Positions 10,311 through 20,056 of a DNA stretch of 64,000 nucleotides are shown here, piece after piece. The DNA is from a virus. Its lineage: Duplodnaviria > Caudoviricetes. The stretch is from the IMG/VR virus record IMGVR_UViG_2799112767_000002, positions 1,844 to 65,843 of that record; one strand, written 5' to 3'. Below the pieces are notes generated by a model that saw only the letters and a program-made list of their open reading frames with translations, did not search any database and was not told the origin of the DNA. How positions within the stretch are numbered: position 1 is the stretch's first letter; every line of letters begins with the position of its first letter. The translations under genes and the position numbers were made by a program.

Positions 10311-11687
10311 ATGTTACAGCAATTCACGGCAGTTAATTTTCTGTCTTTCAAGGGTCAAGAGGTTTTCAAACTGAAACCCAGCAGGGGCACATTAAAAAGT
10401 CATCACAAGGTAGAACCAGTTAAAGGATTTACTGTTTTGAAGACAGCTATTATGTTTGGTGCCAACGCCAGCGGAAAGAGCAATTTTGTCAAGGGCATCG
10501 ATCTTGGGAAAAGACTTGTGCTCGAAGGAACCCCAATAGGTAATCCCATGGAATATCACCCCTTCCGCTTACATGCTGAAAACAAGAAAAAAGACACCAC
10601 TTTCATCTACGTGATTTTGTGTAACAACAAAAAATACGAATACGGCTTTAGTTACAATGCAGAGCGAGTTTCAAAAGAATGGCTAAAGCAAATCACAAAA
10701 AAAACAGAATACTCTATTTTCGAAAGAAACATAAACGCAGATAATTCTTTCGACATTTCATATCTTCTCAAACTCAATAAGAAAGAAAGCGAAAAACAGT
10801 TCCTGACAGTATTTGCCAAGGCCACTCCCCCAAAATCATTATTCCTCCATGAAGTTTTAAGCCGCAATGTTCATGATAATGTATCGAACATTGAAGACCT
10901 TGAAAACATTCTGGCTTGGTTCATCAATACACTTAAGACCATTTTCCCTGCAACTCCTTATAAACAGGGTAGTATGCTAAAAGCAGTTGACGACAACAAA
11001 CTAAAGGAAGGTTTTGGTGCAATACTGCGCTTTTTTGATACAGGCATTGCATCAATCGACTTGGAAAAAGTAGATTTCAATAAATTGGGAATCCCGCAGG
11101 ATTTGAAAAACTTAATACAAACAGATTTATCCAAATCAAACACAAACGAAGCCTTTGGTTCACTCCGTTTCGAAGATAATCTCTATTTGATAACTATATC
11201 AGATGGAGATATTGTCGCAAAGAAACTAATGATTATTCATAAACGCATTGATGTTGATGATTATGAATTATTCTCCATCGGTGAAGAAAGCGATGGCACA
11301 CAACGACTATTCGATTTTATTCCCCTAATATTAGATTTCATACAAGGCGACAAAGTTTTTATAATCGACGAAATGGAACGCAGTTTACATCCTGCATTAA
11401 TGATAAAATTGATAGAACTTTATTATAAGTATTCAGAAGAGATATCAACTCAACTGATATTCACGACTCACAATAGTTCACTAATGAGTTATGAATTGTT
11501 GCGTAGCGATGAAATATGGATTGTCAACAAATCATCTAGTGGTATAAGTTCTTTGAGTCGATTCGACGAATCCTATAATCCACGGTTTGACAAGATACTA
11601 CAACCACAGTATCTTAAAGGTGAATATGATGGCATTCCAAGATTTGATGAAGAAGAGTTGCTAAAACTCATCAGACTCCTAAGATAA
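10311..11687 (+). CDS. Orphan AAA_21-type ATPase (RloA/AbiLi-like)
   Basis: NFLSFK, GANASGKS, ESDGTQR, FIIDEME, FTTHN. Likely start ATG 10311. No intact partner gene downstream. Confidence 0.85.
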   Translation: MLQQFTAVNFLSFKGQEVFKLKPSRGTLKSHHKVEPVKGFTVLKTAIMFGANASGKSNFVKGIDLGKRLVLEGTPIGNPMEYHPFRLHAENKKKDTTFIYVILCNNKKYEYGFSYNAERVSKEWLKQITKKTEYSIFERNINADNSFDISYLLKLNKKESEKQFLTVFAKATPPKSLFLHEVLSRNVHDNVSNIEDLENILAWFINTLKTIFPATPYKQGSMLKAVDDNKLKEGFGAILRFFDTGIASIDLEKVDFNKLGIPQDLKNLIQTDLSKSNTNEAFGSLRFEDNLYLITISDGDIVAKKLMIIHKRIDVDDYELFSIGEESDGTQRLFDFIPLILDFIQGDKVFIIDEMERSLHPALMIKLIELYYKYSEEISTQLIFTTHNSSLMSYELLRSDEIWIVNKSSSGISSLSRFDESYNPRFDKILQPQYLKGEYDGIPRFDEEELLKLIRLLR

Positions 11688-12471
11688 ACACCCATACAAA
11701 CATCTTTAGCCACACACAAATATGGCATATATCACACTAAAATAGACAATTTTAGACGAATTTAATCATTTAAAGTGCAAAAACAAATTAGCAATGTTTA
11801 TGTGAATGTTGAACTAGAGAAATCTTAAAGATTGGTGTGATGAGAGAATTATAAGTATAGAAGTATAGAAAATGAAATACTTTCAATCAATAAAGAAATT
11901 AAAGAACTTAAGAAACAAGAGCGTCAAGTTTTTTACTTGCATCTAATTCTAGAGTTAAGTTCTTTTATTTCAGCACGAAATAATGCATTAAACAAAAAGC
12001 TAGATGAAAATGAAGAAAAAGATAAGAAGCGTGAAGAATTTTAATCTTTACTAAACACCATTAATTCATACAAACAAATCTTTATGATGAAATGGGTATT
12101 AGTATAATACTAACATTTAAATTGAAGGATGAGGCCTCATTATTAGACTTTTATTTGAATAGAAACCGCCATTAGGCGTTTTTTTGTTATAGGTATGGTG
12201 CTGCACCATGCTTTTGTTTTTAGCTGGACTTTCCGCAGACTCTGCTTAAGAATTATATGTGATGTGGCCATAATAATTTTATGAAAGTTATCATTGCCGT
12301 ACTGCTGTCAACAGAATCTTTTAAATTATAAAACGGTTGGTTTACATTTGTATTGAAAATCAACCGCTTTTTTATGATACTGACAATTAATGGACAACAG
12401 GTTGTGCTGAAGAAGGACGCATAGATAAAAAAAGAAAAGCGACATCAAAATCGCTCTTCTCTTGTTGTGGT

Positions 12472-12711
12472 TTAGAAGTAGTTGAAATTACCTCTTTCCC
12501 TCCATTTTAATCGTTTAATGACTCTTATTGTCTTGGCTTTGGGAAATTTTCTCTTAGCCTTGATGTAAGCAGTTATTTTGTTAGTGCTCTCAATGTACAC
12601 CTTATTCCCATCAACCTTAACAATCCAAATGCTGGGTGTCGGGACGGTAGGTGTAGGAAGGCTTACAATAATTAGCCATTCCATTAGTTTCTCTAATAGT
12701 TTTTTCTTCAT
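12472..12711 (-). CDS. Small hypothetical protein
   Basis: 79-aa ORF overlapping the resolvase stop, followed by a hairpin and T-run (about 12426-12460). Confidence 0.5.
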   Translation of the reverse strand: MKKKLLEKLMEWLIIVSLPTPTVPTPSIWIVKVDGNKVYIESTNKITAYIKAKRKFPKAKTIRVIKRLKWRERGNFNYF

Positions 12712-12937
12712 AATTTAAACTGTTTTTTGATTCGTTGGATTGTTGATATTGAGGTGCTGGTAAGTTTCGCTGTGTTCCTGATTGAGTAACCACGTTTCAG
12801 CAGCGATATGACCTCCTTGTACTCCTCACGTTTTTTATCCTCGCTCTTGATGCTCCCAGTCTTGCGTCCCAACTTGCCACCATTTCTCACATATTGGGCC
12901 CGTCCTGAATTCAAGCGGTACTGGATATTACTCCTCT
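12708..12937 (-). pseudogene. 3' half (HTH) of a serine resolvase gene interrupted by the prophage
   Basis: SNIQYRLNSGR...GGKLGRKTGS...LLKRGYSIRNTAKL is the C-terminus of Bacteroidetes resolvases. It joins in frame to 54114-54533. Confidence 0.9.
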
Positions 12938-12943
12938 ATGGGG

Positions 12944-13052
12944 CACAGAACGAAGCGTATAATGTAGAGAGGGGACGAAAAACACCGAAAGCCGTTTATT
13001 TACAAAGAGTTGCGAGGGTTGAGGCTATGAGGTCGGCACAAAACGAAACGTT
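12944..13052 (+). repeat. Left-end putative transposase-binding sites
   Basis: CACAGAACGAAGCGTA (12944) and CACAAAACGAAACGTT (13037) match the inverted right-end CGCAAAACGAAATGTT copies. Confidence 0.75.
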
Positions 13053-13317
13053 TACATAGGCTTACGTTTGCTTTACGTTTGAGGCAAATTCGTTTACGTC
13101 CGTGGGACGATAGATTTACGCACAGAGGGCTGCACGTTTACGCGTGTGGCCTTTTTTGTTTGCGTGTGGGTAAATCCTTTGTATGTGGGCGTTTAGCGCG
13201 TCTGTGGGCTTTATATTGCGTCCACGTTTGAACGGTGTTCTGATGGCATTAGAAGGCGGTGGGTCTGGAAAAGTCCGTGTTCCGGTCCCAGAGGGCGAAA
13301 TTGGCGAAAAATGAGGG

Positions 13318-13375
13318 GTGGGGTTACAGGTGGGGTTACAAAGTGGGGTTACATTTTCGGAAAACTGGGGTTACA
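13318..13375 (+). repeat. Four direct repeats of TGGGGTTACA in the left non-coding arm
   Basis: Copies start at 13319, 13331, 13344 and 13366. Confidence 0.85.
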
Positions 13376-13571
13376 AAACTCTTGCCCACGCATACCGTGT
13401 GAGGGGGGGGCAACGAGCCAAAAAACGGAGTAAAGTGTAGGAAACTGACCCTTTTCGTGCAACTTTTTCGGGGGTGTAATCTGGCGTAAAGCCCCATAAA
13501 TAGGGGATTTCTTATGTTCCGACCATGTGTTTAGGTGGGGGGAACACCCCTCACGGGGTATCAGGGGTACC

Positions 13572-14216
13572 CTACTCCAGTCGGATAATGCCAATGACGA
13601 GGGCTACGGCATAGATGTCCTCGTATGGTAGTTCAAACGGATCATATTCTTTGTTGTCGGAAACGATGAGGACGTGCTGCTTGTCAGATCCGGGCTTTAT
13701 GCGCTTGATAATTGCACCCTGCGCCGTGTCAAGGACGTAGGGTTTGTTCCATTGGAAGAATAAGCCAGACATAGGGACACGTTGGCAAGCCACGATGTCA
13801 CCAGAGATATATGTAGGCATCATGCTGTTTCCTTTTACTGGCATCAGGAAGTCGGCACCGCTGAAAGCCGGTACCACATAACGCTCACATTCATACTCAA
13901 AAACAGATTGCTCCCCCGTCAGGGCACCAGCCATTGCACTGAATGGTATGAGTGGGATGCCTTCTTTGGGGTTTTCTGTGAATTTTGCTTTTTGTGGTAT
14001 GCTCTCACGAAGCATATTCCCTTCCCCTGTTACCAACCATATAGGCGAAAGTTCTGGATATACACTTAGGATATTTTCTAATTTATCCGTACCGATGGCC
14101 CCACCACTCTTTAAGGACTTTCCAAATGAGGCATTGGACATTCCTATGCTCTTTTCGAAGGCACTGACTGCAATGCCTTTCGAGTCGATAAATTGCTTTA
14201 TTCTGTCTAAAATCAT
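13572..14216 (-). CDS. CI/LexA-type repressor (HTH + S24 peptidase)
   Basis: N-terminal HTH, AMAG cleavage-type site, GNSM Ser and IIKR Lys. Likely start ATG 14216; divergent from the early genes. Confidence 0.9.
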   Translation of the reverse strand: MILDRIKQFIDSKGIAVSAFEKSIGMSNASFGKSLKSGGAIGTDKLENILSVYPELSPIWLVTGEGNMLRESIPQKAKFTENPKEGIPLIPFSAMAGALTGEQSVFEYECERYVVPAFSGADFLMPVKGNSMMPTYISGDIVACQRVPMSGLFFQWNKPYVLDTAQGAIIKRIKPGSDKQHVLIVSDNKEYDPFELPYEDIYAVALVIGIIRLE

Positions 14217-14243
14217 AGTCAAAACCAAAAAAAATCGCCCTAA

Positions 14244-14347
14244 TTGAGAAAAAATCCTCAAAAAGTTTTTGTATTTAGGAAATTTCCTATATCTTTGCAG
14301 CGTCATTCATTATTGAACGGCGCGCCAAAGGTACGAAAATTTGGCGA
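14244..14347. promoter_or_regulatory. Lysis-lysogeny switch: face-to-face promoters and an operator candidate
   Basis: Plus-strand TATCTTTG (14290-14297), minus-strand TACCTTTG (14326-14333), and the perfect palindrome TAGGAAATTTCCTA (14276-14289). Confidence 0.65.
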
Positions 14348-14381
14348 GATAGACGAATTTTAACAGTTAAAACTTAAAAAT

Positions 14382-14786
14382 ATGACACGAAAAGAGTTTG
14401 AAGATCGCACTGGCTTAGAGGTCACTGCACTGGAATTTAGCAAGGTGCATGACATCTACATGGCAGCGGGTGAAATGGATAAGGACACTTTCTGTAAGGA
14501 ATGGAAGCAACACGGAGAAAGCAAGTTGCTTGCAGAGTTGTGGAATACAGTAAAGCGTGAGCACGACATGGGCATGGAGAAAAAAGAGGAATGCGATAAA
14601 CTGCACCAAGAGCGGTGGGAACTTGTGGACTTTCTGCTGGAACGTGCCCAGAAGTTCGGTGACGAAGAACTGCTTATTAAGGCCATTGACATGGTAGGCC
14701 ATGCAGATGTGATACGCAGGAAACTGACATTGGAAATGCCCTTGTGGGAGCGTGACCGTGAGTACATTAAACACAACCTTAAATAA
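14382..14786 (+). CDS. Phage early hypothetical protein
   Basis: 134-aa ORF, first gene of the early operon. Confidence 0.7.
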   Translation: MTRKEFEDRTGLEVTALEFSKVHDIYMAAGEMDKDTFCKEWKQHGESKLLAELWNTVKREHDMGMEKKEECDKLHQERWELVDFLLERAQKFGDEELLIKAIDMVGHADVIRRKLTLEMPLWERDREYIKHNLK

Positions 14787-14793
14787 GTAGAGT

Positions 14794-15012
14794 ATGAAAG
14801 TAGCAGTAGTAAGGGTCAACAAGACCGAGAAAGATAAGTTCGCTGCGTTTATTGACGAAGTGAACGAGTGCCCGGACACGGCGGCAATCCTTAAAGAGGG
14901 CTATTATGAGGACACCTTGACGATAGCAGCTGTTGGAACTCTGGCTATGGAGTACACTTTGCGCAAGGTGGAATGTACGTTCAATGATTATTCAATAACA
15001 ACAATAAAATAA
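14794..15012 (+). CDS. Phage early hypothetical protein
   Basis: 72-aa ORF in the operon. Confidence 0.6.
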   Translation: MKVAVVRVNKTEKDKFAAFIDEVNECPDTAAILKEGYYEDTLTIAAVGTLAMEYTLRKVECTFNDYSITTIK

Positions 15013-15411
15013 ATGATTATGGCAAAGACAAGAAGTGCGAGAACCATCAAGGTCTCGAAAGAAAACAAGGCGAAACTCGCCAAGATGTTCGACTGCACCG
15101 ATCGTATGGTGTACAAGGCCCTGTGCTTTGAGTGCCAGACATTGCTGGCAAGGAAGATCCAGTACGTCGCCCGTAAGGAAATGGGCGGCTGGGTTGAGGC
15201 TGCCGTTCCTGAAGACGAGATCTTCTACGACACAATGGACAGCGGTGAGCGTTTCATGCGCCAGTATTTCAACAACGGTGCCGTTCTGGAGATCAGCATG
15301 ACCACGGGCGAGGGTGTTGTACGTTTCAAAGGTTCGCCCAGGTATCGCTATGAAGAGGTGCTTGTGAGTGACATCCCTACCATTCAGAACTACGCAAGGA
15401 ACTTGAAGTAA
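15013..15411 (+). CDS. Putative Ner/Cro-like DNA-binding protein
   Basis: HTH-like KAKLAKMFDCTDRMVYKAL, directly upstream of the transposase. Confidence 0.55.
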   Translation: MIMAKTRSARTIKVSKENKAKLAKMFDCTDRMVYKALCFECQTLLARKIQYVARKEMGGWVEAAVPEDEIFYDTMDSGERFMRQYFNNGAVLEISMTTGEGVVRFKGSPRYRYEEVLVSDIPTIQNYARNLK

Positions 15412-15421
15412 GGAGGGGAAG

Positions 15422-17410
15422 ATGGAGTATTACGGAAACAGGCTTTGCATAAGTGCCCGTGAACTTGTAGATGGCGGTGTGATGAGCATCCCTAACTACA
15501 AGGCGATGGCGAGCCGTGGACGCATCGACGTGGTGCGTCGTGGCGGTGGTGCAGCCGGTCAGTATGCCCTTGTTGCCGTTGAAAGTCTTCCACGCGATTA
15601 CAGAGCCAAGGTTCAAGCCCTCTATCCCGATGGCGACCTTACTCACCTGAAGGGTTGGGTGTGCAGCAACTACGAGATTGACCAGGCTGCGGTGGCGTTT
15701 TTCCACAGCAGGGAGCAAGCAGGTCTTGACCTGCCCCCTGAGAAGATTAAGGAGTATGTGGTGAACGCCAGTGTACTGAACTGCTGCATCCGCTTGTATG
15801 AGCGTGCGGCAACAGCCCAAAAGCTGTTTGGCGGCAAATACAACTGGGAGCAGATGGCGAATGCCATTACAGCCCTACGTGAAGAGTACGGACATACGCT
15901 CCCCACGAGTACGCTTCGCTTTCGGAAGAAAGTAAACGAGTACAAGAAGGAAGGCTACGGCTGTCTTATCAGCGGCAAGTTCGGCAACCAAAGTGCAAGA
16001 AAGGTTGACGTGAAGACAGAGCACTTGATTCTCGGTCTGGCGGTACTACCCAACAAGCCATTTAACACGAACATTGCGGAAATGTACAATATGTTCGTGT
16101 GCGGAGAACTGGGTGAAGTTTACGACCCGAAGACAGGCGAACTGATGAATCCCGACGACTTCGTGGATAAGAATGGTGATCCAAAATCTCTGAGCGAGAG
16201 TACCATCTGCAACGTCCTAAATAAGCCCAGCAACAAGTTACTGATTGACCAGAAACTGATGAGTTGGACGACGTTCATGCACGAGGCAATGCCACACGTT
16301 CACCGTCACGGCGGTGACTTCTCTTTGTCACAGATAACGATGGATGACGTTGACCTGACGAGAAAACTGAAGGACACCAAGCAGCGCGTCCATGCCTACT
16401 ATGCCTACGACGTAGTGAGCCAGTGCGTGGTCGGTGCCAGTTACGCCCGTAAAAAGGACGAAGGTCTGGTGGTAGATTGCTTCCGCGACATGTTCCGGCT
16501 GATTGAGAAGCAGGGCTGGGGAATGCCTGCAGGTATCGAGGTGGAGAACCACTTGATGACCCAATACAAAGACGGCTTCCTGCAAGCCGGTGTCGCTTTC
16601 CCATTCGTTCACTTCTGCGCCCCCCAGAACTCACAGGAAAAGTATGCTGAGCCTCTGAACGGTGCGAAGAAGCGCAGCGTGATCCACAAGAACCACGAGG
16701 GCATTGGCCGTTTCTACGGCAAGGGCAAGTGGCGTCAGGAGTACAAGAAAGTGAGCGACGAGACCAACGAACTCTATGAGGACAAGGAATACTTCAGTTG
16801 GGACCAGTTGGTGGCAGAAGACCGACGTGACAGTTATGAGTGGAACCACCAACTGCACCCCAACCAGAAGAAGTTCCCCGGCATGACAAGGTGGGACGTT
16901 CTCTGTGAGCGCATCAATCCGACCCTGCAGCCACTCGACAAACTGACGCTGGCTCGCTACATCGGTGAGCGTGTGGAAACAAGTATCAGGAGGAACTCGA
17001 CGGTGCGTGTGGCACATGAAGACTGGTGGCTGAGTGACACCAGCGTTCTGGAGAAACTTCGCCCGAATGACTATCAGGTGACCGCCTACTATATGCCAGA
17101 CGAGGAAGGCAAACCAACGGAAGTTTACATCTTCCAAGGTGACAAGTACATCGACCACGTGGAGAAAGTACAGACTTACAACCGTGTGATGGCAGAGCAA
17201 ACCGAAGAGGACACCGTGAACTATATCGAGCAGCGCAAGAAGATTGCGAAGTTCAGCAAGTATGTAAAAGACCACGCTATCGACGAGGTGGGCATATTGA
17301 AGCCATCGGCAACGCCACAACAGGCAGAAGCCGTGGCACTGGAGCCCCAGATTAAGGAGGAGCAGCCAGTCAGAAGCCAATGGAAGCCCGACCCGATAGC
17401 CGATATTTAG
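15422..17410 (+). CDS. Mu-like DDE transposase (MuA analogue)
   Basis: 662 aa; integrase-core acidic motifs MDDVD, IEVEN, EKYAE; followed by an AAA ATPase. Confidence 0.88.
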   Translation: MEYYGNRLCISARELVDGGVMSIPNYKAMASRGRIDVVRRGGGAAGQYALVAVESLPRDYRAKVQALYPDGDLTHLKGWVCSNYEIDQAAVAFFHSREQAGLDLPPEKIKEYVVNASVLNCCIRLYERAATAQKLFGGKYNWEQMANAITALREEYGHTLPTSTLRFRKKVNEYKKEGYGCLISGKFGNQSARKVDVKTEHLILGLAVLPNKPFNTNIAEMYNMFVCGELGEVYDPKTGELMNPDDFVDKNGDPKSLSESTICNVLNKPSNKLLIDQKLMSWTTFMHEAMPHVHRHGGDFSLSQITMDDVDLTRKLKDTKQRVHAYYAYDVVSQCVVGASYARKKDEGLVVDCFRDMFRLIEKQGWGMPAGIEVENHLMTQYKDGFLQAGVAFPFVHFCAPQNSQEKYAEPLNGAKKRSVIHKNHEGIGRFYGKGKWRQEYKKVSDETNELYEDKEYFSWDQLVAEDRRDSYEWNHQLHPNQKKFPGMTRWDVLCERINPTLQPLDKLTLARYIGERVETSIRRNSTVRVAHEDWWLSDTSVLEKLRPNDYQVTAYYMPDEEGKPTEVYIFQGDKYIDHVEKVQTYNRVMAEQTEEDTVNYIEQRKKIAKFSKYVKDHAIDEVGILKPSATPQQAEAVALEPQIKEEQPVRSQWKPDPIADI

Positions 17411-17435
17411 AAACCCATTAAAACGCCGTTAGAAT

Positions 17436-18311
17436 ATGATTACAACAGCGAACAAACAGCGGATTCTGGAGGCGATAGCCACCAACCGCGCAAACTACCC
17501 CAGCGATGCCAAGCACGCTGCCGCGCTGGGAATTTCTGCAAGCGTGTACAACAGTCTGAAGAAGGGTCAGACGGATAAGGCTCTGAGTGATGCCAACTGG
17601 GTGAACATTGCCCGCCGTCTGGACGTGAACCTGCGCGACTCTATCGAGTGGAAGGGCGCAAGGACCGCGACCTTCGACTATATCACCACACAGTTAGAGG
17701 CTTGCCAGGAGCGTAGCCTGAGCGTGATATTGTGCGACCTTCCGAACATTGGCAAGACGTACACCGCTCGATGGTATGTGAATGAGCACCGCAACGCCGT
17801 GTATATCGACTGCAGCCAGGTGAAGACAAAACGCGCCCTGGTTAAGAAAATAGCCAACGAGTTCGGCGTGGGTGCCACGGGCAAGTACCAGGACACCTAT
17901 GAGGATTTGGTTTACTATCTGCGCTCGATGGAGCGCCCTCTGGTGGTGCTTGACGAAGCCGGCGACCTTGCATACGAGGCTTTTCTTGAACTCAAAGCCC
18001 TTTGGAACGCCACCGAAATGTGCTGCGGCTGGTATATGATGGGAGCCGACGGACTGGCAGCCAAGATCAACCGCAACGTGGAAGGCAAGAAGGTGGGTTA
18101 CGCTGAGATCTTCTCACGTTACGGCGGCAAGTACAGCCGTGTCACTCCGGACCAGGAAGACGACCGCAAGGCGTTCTTGATGGAGCAGGCGCGAGTTGTG
18201 GCCAGCGTGAACGCCCCGGAGGGAACCGATATCGGTCAGATCGTGCGCAAGAGCCAGGGCGGTCTGAGACGAGTCTATACAGAAATTGAAAAACTAAAGA
18301 AAGGAGCCTGA
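17436..18311 (+). CDS. MuB-like AAA_22 transposition ATPase
   Basis: N-terminal HTH, Walker A PNIGKT, Walker B VLDEAG, LRR arginine motif. Confidence 0.88.
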   Translation: MITTANKQRILEAIATNRANYPSDAKHAAALGISASVYNSLKKGQTDKALSDANWVNIARRLDVNLRDSIEWKGARTATFDYITTQLEACQERSLSVILCDLPNIGKTYTARWYVNEHRNAVYIDCSQVKTKRALVKKIANEFGVGATGKYQDTYEDLVYYLRSMERPLVVLDEAGDLAYEAFLELKALWNATEMCCGWYMMGADGLAAKINRNVEGKKVGYAEIFSRYGGKYSRVTPDQEDDRKAFLMEQARVVASVNAPEGTDIGQIVRKSQGGLRRVYTEIEKLKKGA

Positions 18312-18312
18312 T

Positions 18313-18555
18313 ATGATAACAAGAATAAACTTAGAAGATGTTGGGCAGGACCTTCTCTGGTTACGGGTGAACGAAGGAGGGCTTGTCGAGGAAGCCGGTC
18401 CGTTTCAAAATGAAATATGGAAGGATGCCTATATTCCGCTTTGGCTGGTTGAGGTAGGGAGCCCCTGCCCAATACACAAATATCCCAATATCATTCGGGG
18501 CTTTTTGAAGTACAAAGTTGTATCTATCAGAAAAGAAAAGGAGCCAAAGAAATGA
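18313..18555 (+). CDS. Phage hypothetical protein
   Basis: 80-aa ORF coupled to its neighbours. Confidence 0.6.
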   Translation: MITRINLEDVGQDLLWLRVNEGGLVEEAGPFQNEIWKDAYIPLWLVEVGSPCPIHKYPNIIRGFLKYKVVSIRKEKEPKK

Positions 18556-19172
18556 AACGAGCCTACAGCCCGAAAGAAATAGCCAAGAAGACCTACAAGA
18601 CGCTGCCGTGGGGTGGCAGGTGGGAAGAATCCTTCGGTTTGCCGGAGGAGAACTCCACCTGGTTCATCAGCGGCGCGTCTGCCAGCGGCAAGAGTTCTTT
18701 CGTGATGCAACTGGCCTACGAACTGACCCACTACGGGCAGGTGCTCTACCTGAGTTATGAGGAGGGGCTGAACCAAAGTTTCCAAGAGCGTATGCTGCGG
18801 TTTGACCTTGACAAGAAGCAGGGCTGGTTCCGAGTGGTGACCAGTGACACCGTGGAAGACCTGACAGAGCGTCTGAAGAAGCGACACAGCGCGAAGTTCA
18901 TCATCGTTGACTCGTTCCAGGACGCAGGCTGGGAATGGCCGGAAACGAAAGCCCTGCTTGAAGCCTTCCCGAAGAAGAGTTTCATCTTCATCAGTCAGGA
19001 AGCCAAAGGGCAACCGTTGGGGAAACCAGCCGTCAGGCTTCGCTACCGTGCCGGTGTGAAAGTAAGGGTCGTAGGTTTCCGAGCCTATTGCCAAGGGCGT
19101 TTCAATCCCGATGCCGGCAACAGTTTCGTAGTGTGGGAAGAAGGCGTGTTAAGAACAACCAATAACGTATGA
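18552..19172 (+). CDS. RecA/Sms-like P-loop ATPase
   Basis: GASASGKS, LYLSYEEG, IIVDS, FISQE. Confidence 0.8.
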   Translation: MKRAYSPKEIAKKTYKTLPWGGRWEESFGLPEENSTWFISGASASGKSSFVMQLAYELTHYGQVLYLSYEEGLNQSFQERMLRFDLDKKQGWFRVVTSDTVEDLTERLKKRHSAKFIIVDSFQDAGWEWPETKALLEAFPKKSFIFISQEAKGQPLGKPAVRLRYRAGVKVRVVGFRAYCQGRFNPDAGNSFVVWEEGVLRTTNNV

Positions 19173-19176
19173 GGCT

Positions 19177-19380
19177 ATGGATAAGTACCAGTTATTAGTG
19201 AAAGGCGACAATGTCGGGATGGTGATTGACGACTGGATGTACAGCGGCAAGTGCGACCTCACCCTACGGATGGCCAAGACCAAGGGCTGCCGTGTGATAG
19301 AGACCACCGACCCCCTGTATGCAGCGAGAATACTAAACTATCTTCGAGCCGCCGAGAAAGTGAACATAGTAAAACAATAA
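19177..19380 (+). CDS. Phage hypothetical protein
   Basis: 67-aa ORF in the operon. Confidence 0.6.
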   Translation: MDKYQLLVKGDNVGMVIDDWMYSGKCDLTLRMAKTKGCRVIETTDPLYAARILNYLRAAEKVNIVKQ

Positions 19381-19392
19381 AATAGCGAGACA

Positions 19393-19857
19393 ATGAGCAA
19401 GAAAGTTTACATCAGCGGTGCGATAGCGCACTATGATCTGGAGGAGCGCAAGGCAGCATTCAGTGCAGCAGCGACCCACCTCCGTGCACAAGGCTACGAG
19501 CCTATGAACCCTTTCGAGAACGGACTGCCTCAGCCAGGCGACTGGAGAGAGCACATGAGAGTTGACATTGACATGCTGCTGGAGTGCCAGTACATCTACA
19601 TGCTGAAGGGCTGGTGGGTGAGCAAGGGTGCGAAGCTGGAATTGGACGTGGCGACGAGTTGCGGTCTGAAGCCTATGTTTGAGGAAGACGACGTACACAA
19701 CGAGGAACACAAGTGCTGCATCTGCGGCAAGACCTTCTACGGCTACGGCAATGACCCCTACCCAGTGAAAGAGGAAGGCGAGTGTTGCGAATCCTGCCAT
19801 TGGGACGTTGTGCTGAAGGAACGATTCAGACTGGCAAAGGAAAAGAATCAAGTTTAA
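19393..19857 (+). CDS. DUF4406 (nucleoside deoxyribosyltransferase-like) protein with a C-terminal Zn finger
   Basis: KVYISG...NPF...D..ML..C..IYML.GW..SKGA.LE; CCICG...CCESC. Confidence 0.8.
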   Translation: MSKKVYISGAIAHYDLEERKAAFSAAATHLRAQGYEPMNPFENGLPQPGDWREHMRVDIDMLLECQYIYMLKGWWVSKGAKLELDVATSCGLKPMFEEDDVHNEEHKCCICGKTFYGYGNDPYPVKEEGECCESCHWDVVLKERFRLAKEKNQV

Positions 19858-19875
19858 TTTTAACCAGATAGCAAT

Positions 19876-20055
19876 ATGAAAGTTTACATTGAGAAAGCCA
19901 TCCGCCCTAAGTGGTGGAACCCAATTTTCTGGGTGCTGGTAGCAATTACCATTTGTGTCGGCATTGCCATTGGTTGTGTGTGGGCAATAGTCGGTTTCGG
20001 TGCCGGTGTCATTGAAGGAACCAAAGAATTCGGGAGAGTCGTTTGGAAACACTGA
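19876..20055 (+). CDS. Small membrane protein (59 aa; below the ORF-track cutoff)
   Basis: MKVYIEKAIRPKWWNPIFWVLVAITICVGIAIGCVWAIVGFGAGVIEGTKEFGRVVWKH fills the gap exactly. Confidence 0.65.
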   Translation: MKVYIEKAIRPKWWNPIFWVLVAITICVGIAIGCVWAIVGFGAGVIEGTKEFGRVVWKH

Positions 20056-20056
20056 T

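Noticed and set aside
13318-13375. Possible CRISPR-like mini array
   Set aside because: The repeats are only about 10 bp with 2-12 nt gaps, and there are no cas genes.
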